Source of the DNA: the human T2T-CHM13v2.0 reference genome, Homo sapiens
Length of the DNA stretch: 64,000 nt
Reading direction: 5' to 3' (one strand)
Assembly: GCF_009914755.1 (NCBI RefSeq)
Contig: NC_060947.1
A program made the position numbers and the translations under genes. Below the pieces are notes generated by a model that saw only the letters and a list, made by a program, of their open reading frames with translations, ran no database searches and was not told where the DNA came from. This document shows positions 14,778-35,956 of the stretch, piece after piece. The stretch's first letter is position 1. Every line of letters starts with the position of its first letter.

Positions 14778-16099
14778 GAACTATTGTTTTTTAACTTTAA
14801 AACATTTTATCTGTGATATTCCTTTTGTCTGTGTTTTTGTTTTTGTTTACATATAAATTCCCAATAATTATTTCTTGGGAATTTCTTGGGAATATATTTC
14901 TTGGGAATTTAAATATAAATCATCGTATTATCTGGAAATAGCAACTGTTTTATTTCTTCCTTTGTTAGTTATTTTCTGTTCTTTGTTTATTGTGCTGGCT
15001 AAAGCTTACAACACTATGTTGAATAGCAGGCCTGAGAGGAGACATCTCAGCCTTGTTTTTGTTCCTAGTGGGGCAGCATTCAGAATTTCATCATTAAATA
15101 TAATAGTAGCTGTGGGTTTTAGTAGATGTTCTTTAGCAAATTAAGGAAGTTCCTCTCTATTCCTAGTTTGCTGATAGCTTTTATCCTGAACAGTGTTGGG
15201 TTTTGTCAAATGCTTTTTCTGAACCAATTTATATGGTCATATGATTTTTCTTATTTAGCTTGTGATATGGTGCATTACATTGATTAATTTTCGAATGTTG
15301 AGCCAGCCTTCAATACTAACATCTACTTAGTTACGGTGTACAATCCTTTTATACATTGCTGGATTATATTTGCTAATATGTAGTTGAAGATATTTGTGTT
15401 TAAATTCATGATAGAAATTGGTCCATAGTCATCTTTTTTGTACTGTCTTTGCTTTTGGTGTCAAGGTAATACTGGCCTCATAAAACGAGTTGGCAAAGTA
15501 TGCCCTCCTCTTGTATTTTATGGAAGACTGTGTAAAATTGGTATTGATTCTTCTTTAAATATTATACTTCTCCAGCAAAACAATCTGGTCCTGGATATTT
15601 CTTTTTAAGAGTTTAGAATCACAAATTCAGTTTCATTAATGTGTGTAGGGACTATTCAGGTTGTTTAATTCTTCTTGATTGAGTTTTGGTAGTTTAGGGT
15701 TTTTGAGGAATTGATCTGTTTTTTTCGAAGTTGCCAAACTTATGAACATAAAATGTGTTTGCAGTTTTTTCTTATTGCCTTTTTAAAATGGCTTTAGAAT
15801 ATGTAGTGATGTTTCCTGATTCATTTCTGATATTGATATCTGTGTGTCTTCTCACTTTTTAATCTTTGTCAGAATTACTAGAGGTTTATTAATTTCATTG
15901 ACTTTTTCCAAAGAACCAGCTTTTTGTTTCATTGATTTTCCCCATTTCCCTGTTTTCAATTTCATTGATTTGTGACTTTTCTTCCCTTTCCTTCCTTGTG
16001 CTTTCTTTGTGCTTCTTTTGCTCTTTTCCATATTTTTGTGGTTAGGTTTTAGATTATTAATTTTAGATATTAGTCATTGACATAAAAAGTAATTTTTGA

Positions 16100-17030
16100 T
16101 AAAAATGTAGACATTTGGATTTTGTTATGAGACTGAATCTTATTTATTTAAATCTTGTGTTTTAGTAGGCCTCCTCCTGCAGAGGAAGGGAGGCACCACC
16201 TTGTTACTGCCACGTGGGGAGAGAGAGTCCGGGTTCTCCACTTAGCCTGATACATACCACCTGATTATGAAGGGCACCCTGTTATTGCTAAGTTGGGTTG
16301 GAGTTCAGACTCCCCACTAGGCCTCTCTTTATACAAGCCTGGCTTGGAATGGGAGCATGCCTCATTACTGCTTTCTCACACTTACATTGCAGGGGCATGG
16401 CCTCCTCACCACCGAGTGGTAAAGTCCTGGCTTTCCACTAGGCCTCCTCTGACACAATGCCAATGAGGAGGGGGAGGGATATCTTGTCACTGCCTGAATA
16501 TAGACGTCCTGGCTTCCCACCTAGCCTTTCCTGACATAACCATGTTGGGGACAGGGAGGGGGTCAGGTGCCCTGCTACAGCCAGGCAAGAATGGAATTCT
16601 AGTTTGGGGTGGGGCTGTATTTTTTTCTGTGGTGTTTGGCTGGAGTAGAACAATTTTTGTCTAAAAAAAAATTATTTCCTGCTAGGCTGCCACTTATTTC
16701 ATTCTTTAGCTAAAGACAGAGGCATTTCTTGTTGTATTTATTTATTTATTTTTGAGCCCATTAGCATTTCTGGCTTACCAGCTTCTTTATTACCCAGTCT
16801 GGTATATATAAGGCAAAAAGAAAACCCAAGGCACTTACTTAAGGCAAAAAGAAAATCCAGGGCACCACTGTGTCATTCCTTGAGTCCTGAGGTCTGTAGG
16901 CAGTCTGTTTCTTTCCATGTTTCAGAGTTTCCTTATATACGTTTTGTATATAATGTTCACGATTTTTAGCTGTAAGTAGCAGAAGGACTAAGGAAAAATA
17001 TATCTTTTCCATAATTCCAGAAATACAAAT
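16100..17030 (-). mobile_element. L1MC/L1MD-type 5'UTR
   Basis: Repeated cttgttactgc...ctccccactaggcctc units; terminal tttttagctgta...ggaaaaata...ccagaa. Confidence 0.55.
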
Positions 17031-17412
17031 CAAGATTTATCTCTAAAATCTTTTTATCTTTTTAATTTTATTATTTGTGATTATAACAGGATGTTCTACT
17101 TTGTTACCAACAACTTGCTATATTTAGTCTCTCATCAGCTGCTTATGATTCATTTGTTTATTCCGTCAGAATGTGAGTTTGAACTGCCATTTCGCCCTTA
17201 TAATCTCTTTCCATCATTTTATCATCTTATTTTTAATGTCTTCGTTTTCACTGAATGTATTTATTTCAATTCTTCTGTAGTGCAAATCATTTATTCTGGG
17301 GATTCTGTTAGCTTGTTTGGTTAGGTCATGATTTCTGTTCCTGTCTTTTTTTCTCTCGTGCCTTTTTCGTATTATGCTTCTGTATTTCACTTTTTTTTTT
17401 TCATTTTGGCAT

Positions 17413-17626
17413 GTAGTAGTTCTACATGGAGGGGATTACGTGGGGGCATTACAGGATTCCCAGTGGATGTCTGAAGCTGTGTATAGGAATGAATCCTATA
17501 TACACTATATTTTTTCCTCTATATAGAAAGGAAAAAAACATAGAGTGTGTATGTGAGTACACATACTATGTTATGTATGTATATACTTATACCTAAATAA
17601 TATATTTAAATATATTTATATCATAG

Positions 17627-17666
<40 letters not shown>

Positions 17667-17876
17667 GAGATAAAGTTTATATATTAGGCACAGTGAAAGA
17701 CTAACAACAATAACTAATAATAAAATAGCACAGGTTTAATGATACACTGTAATAAAAGTTACATGAATATGGTCTCTCTCTCTCTCTCTCTCAAAATATC
17801 TTAATATTTTCAGACTGAGGCTGACTGTGTACAACAAACCACAGGAAGCAAAACCTAAGATAAGGGGGCCTACTGT
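17413..17876. mobile_element. MER44 (Tigger7-derived) with an internal (TG)n(TA)n expansion
   Basis: cccagtggatg...attaggcacagt...ctctctcaaaatatctta...gataagggggcctactgta. Confidence 0.85.
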
Positions 17877-20210
17877 AATTGGCATGATATTTCTTTACAT
17901 CTTATTTTTAAGTAAGGTGGAAAGCGCCATGAACATTATTGGCTCTGGTTTAATGTGTGTAAAGTATCCTTGATTCTTTCTCACTATGTCTGTGACCTGT
18001 TTGTCTCACTTTCTATATGAGAGTTGGATACTAAGTGTTCTACTCACATTTTTCTTTTCTATTCTGATTACCTTTGAAAACTGGTGGTGGTCAAAGAAAG
18101 GGGGACAGAAGCTTCTGGGAAATGGTATAGAACCTGAAGGTATTTGTCATTTTCTAGATGTTCTTAACAAGCACCGGTGTCATTGTAGGGGAGTATGGTG
18201 TGAGGAGATTAACATTTGGATGCATAAATTTTCTGAAGAAACAATTTATGGGATTATATTATTTTTCTTAACGTTATTGGGTCCAGGGAAGGTACATTCA
18301 TGGTGTAATCAAACTTTACTTGATGTTTTGGAACTGTTATAATTTCTTTCTTTCTTTAACTTTCTTTAACTTAACGGAGAGTAAGTTAATTTATAAATGA
18401 TTTATTATTCCTTTAATTTGCTCAGCGAATTGGTAGCTCTAATAACTGTTGTGTGATGGGATTCCACACATGCTTTAAATTGTTCTTTAAAATCCACATG
18501 GAGTCTTGGAAACTTTGCTTTAGGTAGAGACAGTTACCTCGTCATCATCCTCTTACCTGAAATTGTTAACTCTGCTCTCAAACAGTGGAGGAAACATAAG
18601 AGAAACTCATCAGGAAAGCTCTGTGAAATTAGAAAATAGGAAAAAGAGACTACTGGCCTTGACTTCCTATTGTCTGGGCTATTTTACAAGTCACTGGAGC
18701 AGAGATAAACTTTTATATTTTTTATCTGGTAGAGATTAAAGTAATTTCTATCCATTGAAACAGACCACCCTCAAGGGTTTATGGGCCAGTTAAACATTAA
18801 CCAGTTTTGTATGTAACCCAACAGTCTAACTCAAGCATTTCTTTGTTAAATTGCCTGTATACTTAACTGTTAAAATGCTTTTTGGGCTTTTATTTTTATT
18901 ATCTTACAGGTTCTTCACTATTTAATAAATTAAATATCTTTAGCATTTTTCATTTTAAATGTTTCTTAGTTTCATGATTTTACATTTTTGAAAATTACAT
19001 TTTAACCATATTTGAGGTTTCTCTGAGATTCCACAGTGGTCCCGCCTTTTGGAGCCAAGTAAACTAAACCTCTTGGGCTGGTTAAACCTAGGCTTGTCTT
19101 TCCTTGGCTCCTGGAGTGAATCCCAAGGGGCAATAAAACTTTCATTTTACTGACTCTTTATTTTTCTAAGTTGCTTTTTTCCCCTTTCTATTGATTTTAT
19201 ATTTTTATATTTGTTTCTGCTTTTTACTCAGCTAACAAGTTATGTTCCCTTGCTGGCAGCAATGGTTAGAAATTGGTTTTATAGACCATTTGGTGATACG
19301 TGTCAGATGAATAATAGAGATTTATTCTCTTCTGTGTGAGAGATGACAGAGAATATGGTTAATCGTTTTCTTTTTTTTTTTTTTTGTCTACCTGTGAGCT
19401 TAAATTAATTAAGAGTTTTATGCCTATTAGGAAGGTAGAAAGCTCTTTGAGATTTTAACTGAGAGGTTTTGGTGTTTAATGTTGATCTGTGGCTGAAGTT
19501 ATATAACAGAAGCTGTAGGCTCTCTTTGTGTCTGTGCATCTGTACTTGATAAAAGGACATACCTTTCATGATGTGAGTGTGAGATATTTTCCTAGTTCCA
19601 TGGAGTATTAATAAGTTATTATGTCCCTTAAACTTAAAAAACTACTATTCTGATTTGTTTTTAGAGATAAGTGACCACATATACAAATTTAATATCCTCC
19701 CTCAAAATCACAGAAAATCAGTTTGTAAAAATCCTGACCTGATATCTCTAAAGGAATTGCTAGCTCAGAAACATTTTATATCCAAGTTTACATAATTAAG
19801 TTGAATCTTTGGACAAATTAGACTGGTTTAGTAGTTTTGGTTCAATAATAAGTAGTAACTATTTTTGTTGAGTCTAACAACAGTACTGTATGTAGCACAA
19901 GCGTTTTGATTTTGTATTTGTTTTTCTTAGATTTGGGTTTGCTTTGTCTTAAAGTGATGAGGTAATCTGAACTTCTAGACTTCTTATACCATATTATGAA
20001 TCAAATCATGTTACTCCCAGAAAACATTTAAGATTATGAAGAAAATTAATTTGTGTTTAGCTAAGTTGAATCATTATTTTACTCATTTTTATATCAGTGG
20101 TAATTATGTTTTGTAGTGTTTCTGTTTAAATAAAATTTCCAGATCCTTAGATGATTTACAAATTTAGATTAATATTAAATTGAGTTAATTAATGCATAAT
20201 GATTAGATGC

Positions 20211-20715
20211 TGCAGGGGAGAAAAAGTAATATATTTCCTTCACACAGTGCAAGGTTCACGGCTGACATGCCTATAAAAAAAGACAAATTAACAAGAGAAA
20301 AGCATATCAGCTTTATTTAACCAAAGTTTTATGTGACACAGAAGCCTTCATAAATGAAGAACCCAAGGCCCAGGGAAAACTGTATATTTATGCTTAGGTT
20401 AAATGAAGAAGTGTGATTGGACAAAAATGGGATATTACTTAAGGATATTAAACTAGGGAAAACTTTGAAAGGACTGTTTTTTCAGATTCTTTTTGGCCTC
20501 TCTGTGTAACATTCCTTCCCTCCAGGTATAGGGCAGGACACCTGTCACATAGGGTCTTATGAACTACTTTCAGGGGAGGTAGGTCAGAAAATTCTTTTAT
20601 AGCCAACTCTCACACAGAAAAGCAGAAGAAAGTCAGATGGTGACCTTTTTGCTTCTACTGTTTTCTCAGTTTCCACAGTGTCATATTTTGGGGTAGCATG
20701 TCCTGTATCATGTCA
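20211..20715 (-). mobile_element. ERV1 solo LTR, MER34-like
   Basis: TG...CA ends; 4-bp TSD ATGC at 20207-20210 and 20716-20719; attaacaagagaaaagca...tattttggggtagcatgtcctg. Confidence 0.85.
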
Positions 20716-22327
20716 ATGCCTAGATAATTTCTAAATAAAATTGAATACTTAAACATTGATTACTAAACATAATTTTACGTTTATATGCTTTCATTGATTA
20801 TTTTTTATTTCTCATTATTTTTATATTCCTTACAGTCACAATATCTTTGGGTAACATTAATGAACATGTTCATTTGTGTCATTTTTAAGAAGGTATAAAA
20901 ATGATGTGTGGGGCTGCAGGTAATGAGTTTTCTTAGTCTGCTAAAGTATTTGAAAGAGAGTTCTGAAATTATAGACCTCTCAGTTTTTCTGTGAAATAGA
21001 AGTACATTTTCTTCCTTAAAGGTTATAATTAATATGGTAAGTTGAGACTGTACTAGGAGCAATAATGGAAGATAAATATACCTGCATATGTAAGGTAATG
21101 GGATATAGTTTTGTTTATCAAGAGAAAAGGGGTAATTTTGCCTTAAAGATCAGGTGGTTTCAGAATGTCAAACAGGTTAGTGAAAGACAAAATCTTAATG
21201 GTTATAGAAAATTGTAAAAGGTTTTAAGAAAGGTAGTTTTTATTTGCCTTGGTTTGTAATATTTGAGCATAAAAAAGCAAAGAAACGTATTAAAATTTTG
21301 CCAAAGCTGGCTCATTTTTGATGAGTTTATATATGAGAAAATATGTTGAAACTTTAATGCCAAATATTATATAAATGCAAAACTAGAATATGGATTTTTC
21401 TGCCTTAAAATGATTAACTTGCCTTAGAGCTCCTAACAAGAGGCAATAAAGATTATTATTTATCTTCTGTAGGTAATTTCCTATATCACCAAGATAGTTT
21501 TCTCTGCTTTGTTTGAATTATTATGTAAAATAACAACATATCCAACACAGATCCTTCACCTGTAAAAAAAGATGACATTTTTTACAATTGAGTTACTTTC
21601 TTAAATAATTATTTTAAAATATTTTATTGACACTTTGATTAAATAGAGAAACAAATATTGTTTCTCGAGCACCGATCATCCTGACTGAATCAATTGACCT
21701 AATCTTTGGCAACTATTTTGGTTTCACTTTCCCAAGATAGGACCTAAGTTGAAGAAAACATAAAATAAAATTTCAAGCTTTTTTTTTGCATTTAAAGAGA
21801 TATTTTAGGTTCTCCAGTGGGCCCTTGGAAAATCGAAGATGTGTTATTTACCCTATAAAAGAAAAAATGCTAGAAATATATTGTTTCTTCCATATTTCTT
21901 AACTATGCTATTGTAAAAGTTACATGAAAATAATCATTAAATCAGAAAAGATACTCAGCCTTCCTAAGGTTAAATTGAGTATAATGTTATTAATATAAAT
22001 ATTCCAGAGATTACACATTTTATGGGAAAACCCTAGGATTCAGTCAATGCCTATACTGCCATAATACATTCGTATCCTTAGAGGAAGCATTGATCAAACC
22101 CTTATAAAATAGGGTTTTACTGCACTCAAATAGAAAATTCTGATATTATTAGCACTGTGATAAAGTAACCACAGCCTGTAGTCTCATTATCAAATGGCTT
22201 TCTACTTCCTGGTATTTGCCTGAAGAAGCTCAAATCACTGTCTTCAACAAAGAAAAGGAATCACAGAGCCTCTTGGAAAGGATAATGTAACAGGTACTCT
22301 GAACTATTGAAATTTCAAAGAATAGCC

Positions 22328-22630
22328 TTTTTTTTTTTTTGGACACAGTGTCTCTGTTGCGTAGGCTGGAGTACAGTGGCAGGATCATTGCTCACTGCAG
22401 CCTTGAACTCCTGGGCTCAAGTGATCCTCCCACCTCAGCAGTAATAATCCTGAGGGGGCTAGGACTACAGGCACGTGCCACTAAGCCCCGCTAATATTTT
22501 AATTTTTATTTTTGCCGAGATAGGTTCTCACTATGTTCCCCAGGCTGGTCCCAAACTCCTGGCCTCAAGCGATCCTCCCACCTCGGCCTCCCAAAGCTCT
22601 GGGATTACAAGTGTGAGCCACGGCACCCAG
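22328..22630 (-). mobile_element. AluJ
   Basis: Diverged Alu dimer. Confidence 0.9.
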
Positions 22631-23147
22631 ATAGAGCTACCATGGCTTAAACAACTCACAGTCTATATCATGAACTGAGTCAGGATTTTCAGGACTCTTG
22701 CAAAAGCAAATTGCTGACCTGAGACCTAACGAAACAAAATTCATCGTATAGGACTGAGGAAGAAAATCCTATTGTTATTTCATTGGAAAATTACTGCAAT
22801 AATTTTTAAATGTGAATTGCAATTGTGTGTAAGGATGCCCTATTTATTACTTAAGCTCTTTCTAATTCTCAATTTAGTAGACTATACATCTGTAAACTAA
22901 AATGAAATATTTTAATCGTATCTGATTCTCACTGGCCTCTCAGAATGCAGAAACAGATACTTTTACTTGAGTTTTCTTACTTTTCAAAGCAATGTTATAA
23001 AGTTACGTTCCTAGATTCAATAACAATCTGTCCTCCCTTTACCCAGATATAACTGGACAAATTGTTTGTGTAACCATGGCCATATCTAGAATATCATATT
23101 TGCAAATGATTCTCATCAAATCAGGTAATTAGGTATATCAAGCCCAC

Positions 23148-29597
<6,450 letters not shown>

Positions 29598-29838
29598 TTT
29601 TTTTTTTTTTTTTTTTTGAGACAGACTCTCACTCTGTCGCCCAGGCTGGAGTGCAGTGGCATGATCTTGGCTCACTGCAACCTCCACCTCCCTGGTTCAA
29701 GCATCAGCCTCTACAGTAGCTGGGATTACAAGCACCCGCCATCGTGCCCAGCTTATTTTTTTGTATTTTTAGTAGAGACGGGGTTTCACCATGTTGACCA
29801 GGCTGGTCTTGAGCTCCTGACCTCAGGTGATCCACCCA
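29598..29838 (-). mobile_element. 5'-truncated AluS directly abutting the L1 5' end
   Basis: Poly-T begins at the L1 first base; the Alu stops at gatccaccc. Confidence 0.92.
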
Positions 29839-29959
29839 CTCTTAAAGAACATGCATTGCCCTTGTGGACAAAAAGACCACACAAAGCCCTCTCAAAAAAA
29901 TTGGCTCAGTATCTGGCTTGTAAGATCTCACAGGTGGTATTAGTCTCACAGAGGATATG

Positions 29960-31288
<1,329 letters not shown>

Positions 31289-31314
31289 AAGTCATTTTCT
31301 AACAGGTCAGGGAC

Positions 31315-31371
31315 CTTAGAAAAGTTTTGGGTACCACACCATTTTCTGGAAAATTTTCTCCATGAAGAGTT
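31315..31371 (-). pseudogene. Probable fossil exon fragment (AAA4 end)
   Basis: Reads ELFMEKIFQKMVWYPKLF, similar to FRNRLRMFPSLV; weak splice sites; abuts an L1MA 3' end. Confidence 0.3.
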
Positions 31372-31815
31372 CTTAAAGATAGTTGCATTATTTGATTATT
31401 TTTTAAATACAAACTTGCAGTTTGTATTATTACTATATTTTTTATTTCACTAGGTTTTGGAGAGGCAATTTCTAATATATACATAGATTTACTCAGTGAT
31501 AGTGTCCCGAAACAACACAAATAAGATTTCCATCACAATTCATGTCTCATGTTATGGTATTCTTTCTTAAATTACAAAATGACATATCATTTTACAGAAT
31601 GATTCAATCTTCCTATAACTATTTTATCAATTTGGTAAATCTGAGAAATGATGGTTAATGTTTTATTGATTACTTTGAATTTTTTTCCTTTTAATTTTTT
31701 TAAAACTTTGAAGGCTGGAATTTCCTATTTTATAATTTTTTAAAATATAGTATATTAAGAAACTTTTAAAAAATCACACTTCATCAGTGTTTGTTTTATG
31801 TATAAATAGAATCAC

Positions 31816-31950
31816 CTTTACAATTTTTTTTTAATTAACACAATAAGAAGGTGTGGTCTGGAGGAAAGTCTCCCAGCATTGAATTTGCAGAGGATTTGGA
31901 AATTGGGACAGATAAGAAAATAACCAGAGGAAAAAAAATACTTTGTTTAC
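31816..31950 (-). pseudogene. Probable fossil exon (AAA4 sensor strand)
   Basis: Reads FNAGRLSSRPHLLIVL, similar to FIERVRSNLHIVLCM; gtctag| acceptor and AAG|gtgatt donor. Confidence 0.45.
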
Positions 31951-32422
31951 CTAGACAATTACCTGTGTATTTTGCTTACTTGATAGTGAAATTCATCAAG
32001 CCATTGCAAAATAAGAATCATTTTAATTGGAAAATTATGATTTTCAAAATCTACAGGCATTGATTTATAAATGATTTATGCATTAATAGTTTCCATTTTT
32101 ATTTTATTCTAGAACAAATTTATTTCCATGAAATTCATCTTTAAATGATTATCATTATCAGTAGAAAAGCATGTTTTGGATTCTTAGAAACTTTACTAAC
32201 ACACAGATTTTGAAAATATTCCCATTCCTAAAATTATAGAAACTGAAAAGTGTAAGCAACTTATTATACTCTTTAATGTATTATATGAACAATGTATTTT
32301 TTCAGACTAACTAGTTTTTTTTTCATTTTCTTATGTGAAATGTTGTAATCAATTTTTTAAATTTTGATTCAAATACATTTCCCAAATAAGTTATTGTTCA
32401 TTAATTTTATTACAATACTCAC

Positions 32423-32632
32423 CTTCTAATTAAAGAGTTGTAAAGGCCAACGAGAACCTTTTTCGTGAGAACAGTCTCATTAATTTGAATACCAGTGACT
32501 TAAATAGCTTGCCACCAAGGGATTTGATCATTTATACCAAAATTTCTCTCAATTTATTACCACATTTACAAGCAACTAAAATGAATGTTTTTCCATTGCT
32601 TTGCCTTTGTGAATTTAAATCACTTTTGTTTC
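32423..32632 (-). pseudogene. Fossil exon (dynein AAA4 P-loop to Walker B region)
   Basis: ctattttag| ... AAG|gtgagt. Reads SNGKTFILVACKCGNKL, frameshift, IERNFGINDQIPWWQAI*VTGIQINETVL ... LYNSLI; compare [14 protein letters not shown] ... ITRNYGINEWREDLKK..KAGIKNKPTVF ... INNLL. Confidence 0.65.
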
Positions 32633-33069
32633 CTAAAATAGCAATTTTACAACCCTGAGTTCTGTACATTTCTAAATGTTTTTGGAAAGAAAAATTTCCC
32701 TTTTCCTAAAAACTAATGTAATTTGTGTATGTAACATTTCTGGATTTGGCCATAAAAGGTAACATAATATCTTCCATTCTAAGTAATATAAGTCCTATAT
32801 GTCTTAAGATTTTAGCCTAAATGTATTTCAGTGTTTTGTGCCCATGTATAATTTTTCATTGTAGGGCCCCCTATGACTAAGCACCACTGTAAATATAGTT
32901 TTCAGTAAAAGCTACATACAGAGCAATGTTCCTTGGAACATTATCATATTTTGCAAACAGAATTTGTGACATGTGCTCTAGCATGTACCAGTACTAGTGT
33001 ACTTATGAAAGTCATGGCTGGGGTGTTTGGCGGCAGGTCCATATCCTTCATCTGGGGCTTTCGAGGCGA

Positions 33070-33360
33070 ATGCTAGTATAATGCCATGGATGAGTATATG
33101 GCCTGTGGAATCAAATTGTCTGTATTCAGGACCCAGCTTGTGGCGGTGGGGGGGTAACACCAATAATATCAACTAGTCTAGAGGCATAGACCAGTTGGGT
33201 AGCTCCTAGGTAATTGACTGAAACTCATCTTTCTTTTCTGTAAGCATGGAGATAATATATATTATCTTAATATATAGGTCATAAATGGATTGTGAGTATG
33301 AAATGAATACATGTAAAACATTTGAAATAGTGTCAGGCTTAGTCAGTACAAGTGTCTTAG
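33070..33360 (+). mobile_element. MIR
   Basis: ttttctgtaagcatggagataat...gattgtgagtatgaaatga...catgtaaaacattt. Confidence 0.6.
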
Positions 33361-33630
33361 TTCTCGTTATCATATACCTTTCACTGAAGGAATTTTTTGT
33401 TCACAAAAGATATTATTCCAGAAATAATTATTATCAATCATATATGTATGTATGTAAATATAAATATATGTACATATATATCAATGAGGTTATGTATGCA
33501 TATCATATATTTTTACTTTTCCTTGACTCTCATTCATTTGCAAAGATTCATTTTTCTCTGCCTCTTTACTGAAGTCACTTCATCTGACATCAAAAACTCA
33601 CTCAATGTCCTTTTTAAAATACTCCTTCCT

Positions 33631-34293
33631 GGAGAGGAAGTGGAGAAATAGGAACACTTTTACACTGCTGGTGGGACTGTAAACTAGTTCAACCATTGTG
33701 GAAGACAGTGTGGCGATTCCTCAAGGATCTAGAACTAGAAATACATTTGACCCAGCCATCCCATTACTGGGTATATACCCAAAGGATTATAAATCATGCT
33801 GCTATAAAGACACATGCACACGTATGTTTATTGCGGCACTATTCACAATAGCAAAGACTTGGAACCAACCCAAATGTCCATCACTGATAGACTGGATTAA
33901 GAAAATGTGGCACATATACACCATGGAATACTATGCAGCCATAAAAAAGGAAGAGTTCATGTCCTTTGTAGGGACATGGATGAAGCTGGAAACCATCATT
34001 CTCAGCCAACTATGGCAAGGACAGAAAACCAAACACTGCATGTTCTCACTCATAGGTGGGAATTGAACAATGAGAACACTTGGACAGAGGGTGGGGAACA
34101 TCACACACTGGGGCTTGTCGTGGGGTGGGGGGAGGGGGGAGGGATGGCATTAGGAGATATACCTAATGTAAATGACGAGTTAATGGATGCAGCACACCAA
34201 CACGGCACATGTATACATATGTAACAAACCTGCATGTTATGCACATGTACCCTAGAACTTAAAGTATAAAAATAAAATAAAATAAAATAAAAT
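33631..34293 (+). mobile_element. 5'-truncated L1PA5-type 3' fragment with a (TAAAA)n tail
   Basis: TSD aaaatactccttcct at 33616-33630 and 34294-34308; TTTT/AAAA target. Confidence 0.97.
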
Positions 34294-34347
34294 AAAATAC
34301 TCCTTCCTCCAAATAACTTGCAGTTAGTTGTCAATTATCAAAACTAC

Positions 34348-34417
34348 CCTGTTGAAGTAATATGTAGATATTCTAGTGCAAAATAACTTCTGGTTCTTTT
34401 ACAAGAACTGCACCAAT
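34348..34417 (-). pseudogene. Fossil exon (start of dynein AAA4)
   Basis: atttttcttacag| ... G|gtagtt. Reads IGAVLVKEPEVILH*NIYILLQQG, similar to [25 protein letters not shown]. Confidence 0.6.
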
Positions 34418-35572
34418 CTGTAAGAAAAATGAATTTACTATGCATTTATGTTCAAAGGCTATTAATGAAACTATATCAATATTAACTAATACTTCCATTG
34501 CTAGTAGTAACAATAGTAAGTTAAGTGTTACAGAAATACTAACATGATCCCATACAGTATCAACAGTGATACTTTGAAACAATGGTAAAATAGCATATAA
34601 ATGGACTTATTTCTAAAGGATTTCAATCAGGAGGCTTACAATGGGTTAATTTTAGAAAGAAAAAAGCAAAAAGTGAAGGAAAGGAAAATGAGAATCACTT
34701 TTCTAGTTCAGTCTGAACAGTATTATTGTGTTTGTACTTTTCTATAACCTAGTGCTCCTTGATTACTTTATTTACACATGTTTCTTTATATTTTACCAAT
34801 ATTTTCCATTCCAGTATGATATCTTCTCATGAGGAGTTATTTTAAATTCTTCGAATTTGGAACTGCCAAATCAATTGATTTTTCTTGGGATCAAAAAACG
34901 GACTTTAAAATATGGCCTCACGCCTCGTTTTCGCAACTGCAGCCACTCTGCTCTGGATAAGAGGCAATAAGTGACCAGGTTTGACAGGGTTGGGGGTGGA
35001 AGTTTCAATCACGATCAGCAGCTTTACAGGGCAGCAAGCACAATCCCAAGTGACCATGGAGTCTGGATCTGTGGCTCAAGACTCCCTCCTTAAATGCTGT
35101 CACCAATCATCCAGGTATGATTATATGCAAATGCTAATAAGAATGCTTCTTAGAGTGGAATGTACGTAAGTGGGGGGTGGAAGCCATACATACTGGCTCC
35201 AGCTCCTCTCCAACTTCACCTTCAAAACGAGCATGGACAACACTTAAGGGAATGTTACATACAGCCTGGACTGGCCCTAATTTCTCCTAAGCTGGAAAAG
35301 AATGCCCTGAGCCAGGGAATTCTCTTCTACACTGAGAGGGTCTCAGCAGGTAGCTGATCAAGTCACATACCTGAAAGCCTTTATCATCTCATTAGTTTCC
35401 AATTGTCTGCTCCTCAGTGCTCTCACACATCATTTAGCTAAAGCCTCAGCTGGTCTTTGTCAGCTCCCATCAGGAGATCTGCATCCCAGTGATATCAAAT
35501 CGATTTTATATCACAGGATAAGTCAAATTGTAAGTTTGCTTGGCCAGCATCTATAAACTACTTTATAATTAC

Positions 35573-35635
35573 TGAAATTCAGCATTTCGAAAACCCATAT
35601 TTTGAAAATACTGCCAGATGATGTCCCATAATAGA
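35573..35635 (-). pseudogene. Fossil exon
   Basis: tctttctaag| ... CA|gtaatt. Open frame LLWDIIWQYFQNMGFRNAEF, in phase with the 37250 exon; similar to LLKEILKKHF. Confidence 0.45.
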
Positions 35636-35777
35636 CTTAGAAAGACCAATTAATTAGGATACCGTTTCATCAGTCAGGATTGTTTAGCACTATCCAAGTT
35701 AACAGCCATGTGTTTCTTCCAGGTGTATTGCTCAAGTTCCAAACTTTCTTGTTGGCATTTTTAGAAGAGTTTAAAGC

Positions 35778-35956
35778 ATCTGTCCTCAACCTTGGCTTCA
35801 CATTAGAACCATCTAGGGAACTTTCATAAATTCTGATGCCTTGGCCCCACCTCCAGATATACTGATTTAATTGACCTGGGGTGAGCCTCAGGCATTGGTA
35901 TTATTTAAAAAGCTCCCCATGTGATTCTAGTATGAAAACAGAGCTGGAAATCACTG
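35778..35956. mobile_element. MER5A1-like hAT DNA transposon
   Basis: ctcaaccttggc...cattagaa...aagctcccca...tgattctag...aatcactg. Confidence 0.8.

Larger units (their letters stand above)
18050..23140 (+). mobile_element. Probable non-coding ERV1 (MER4-group) internal sequence; resumes at 29841-29950
   Basis: Long AT-rich non-L1 tract with MER4-group internal-like motifs; family not resolved. Confidence 0.45.

Noticed and set aside
17986-18342. 118-aa plus-strand ORF
   Set aside because: No recognisable motif or splice context; it lies at the edge of the ERV-like tract.
32423-32632. Ankyrin-repeat (DLNSQ..NGKT.ILVAC) or BRCT (MIKSLGGK) reading of this exon
   Set aside because: Locally plausible, but the flanking exons and the second frame fit dynein AAA4 in order. 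Kept only as an alternative to test.
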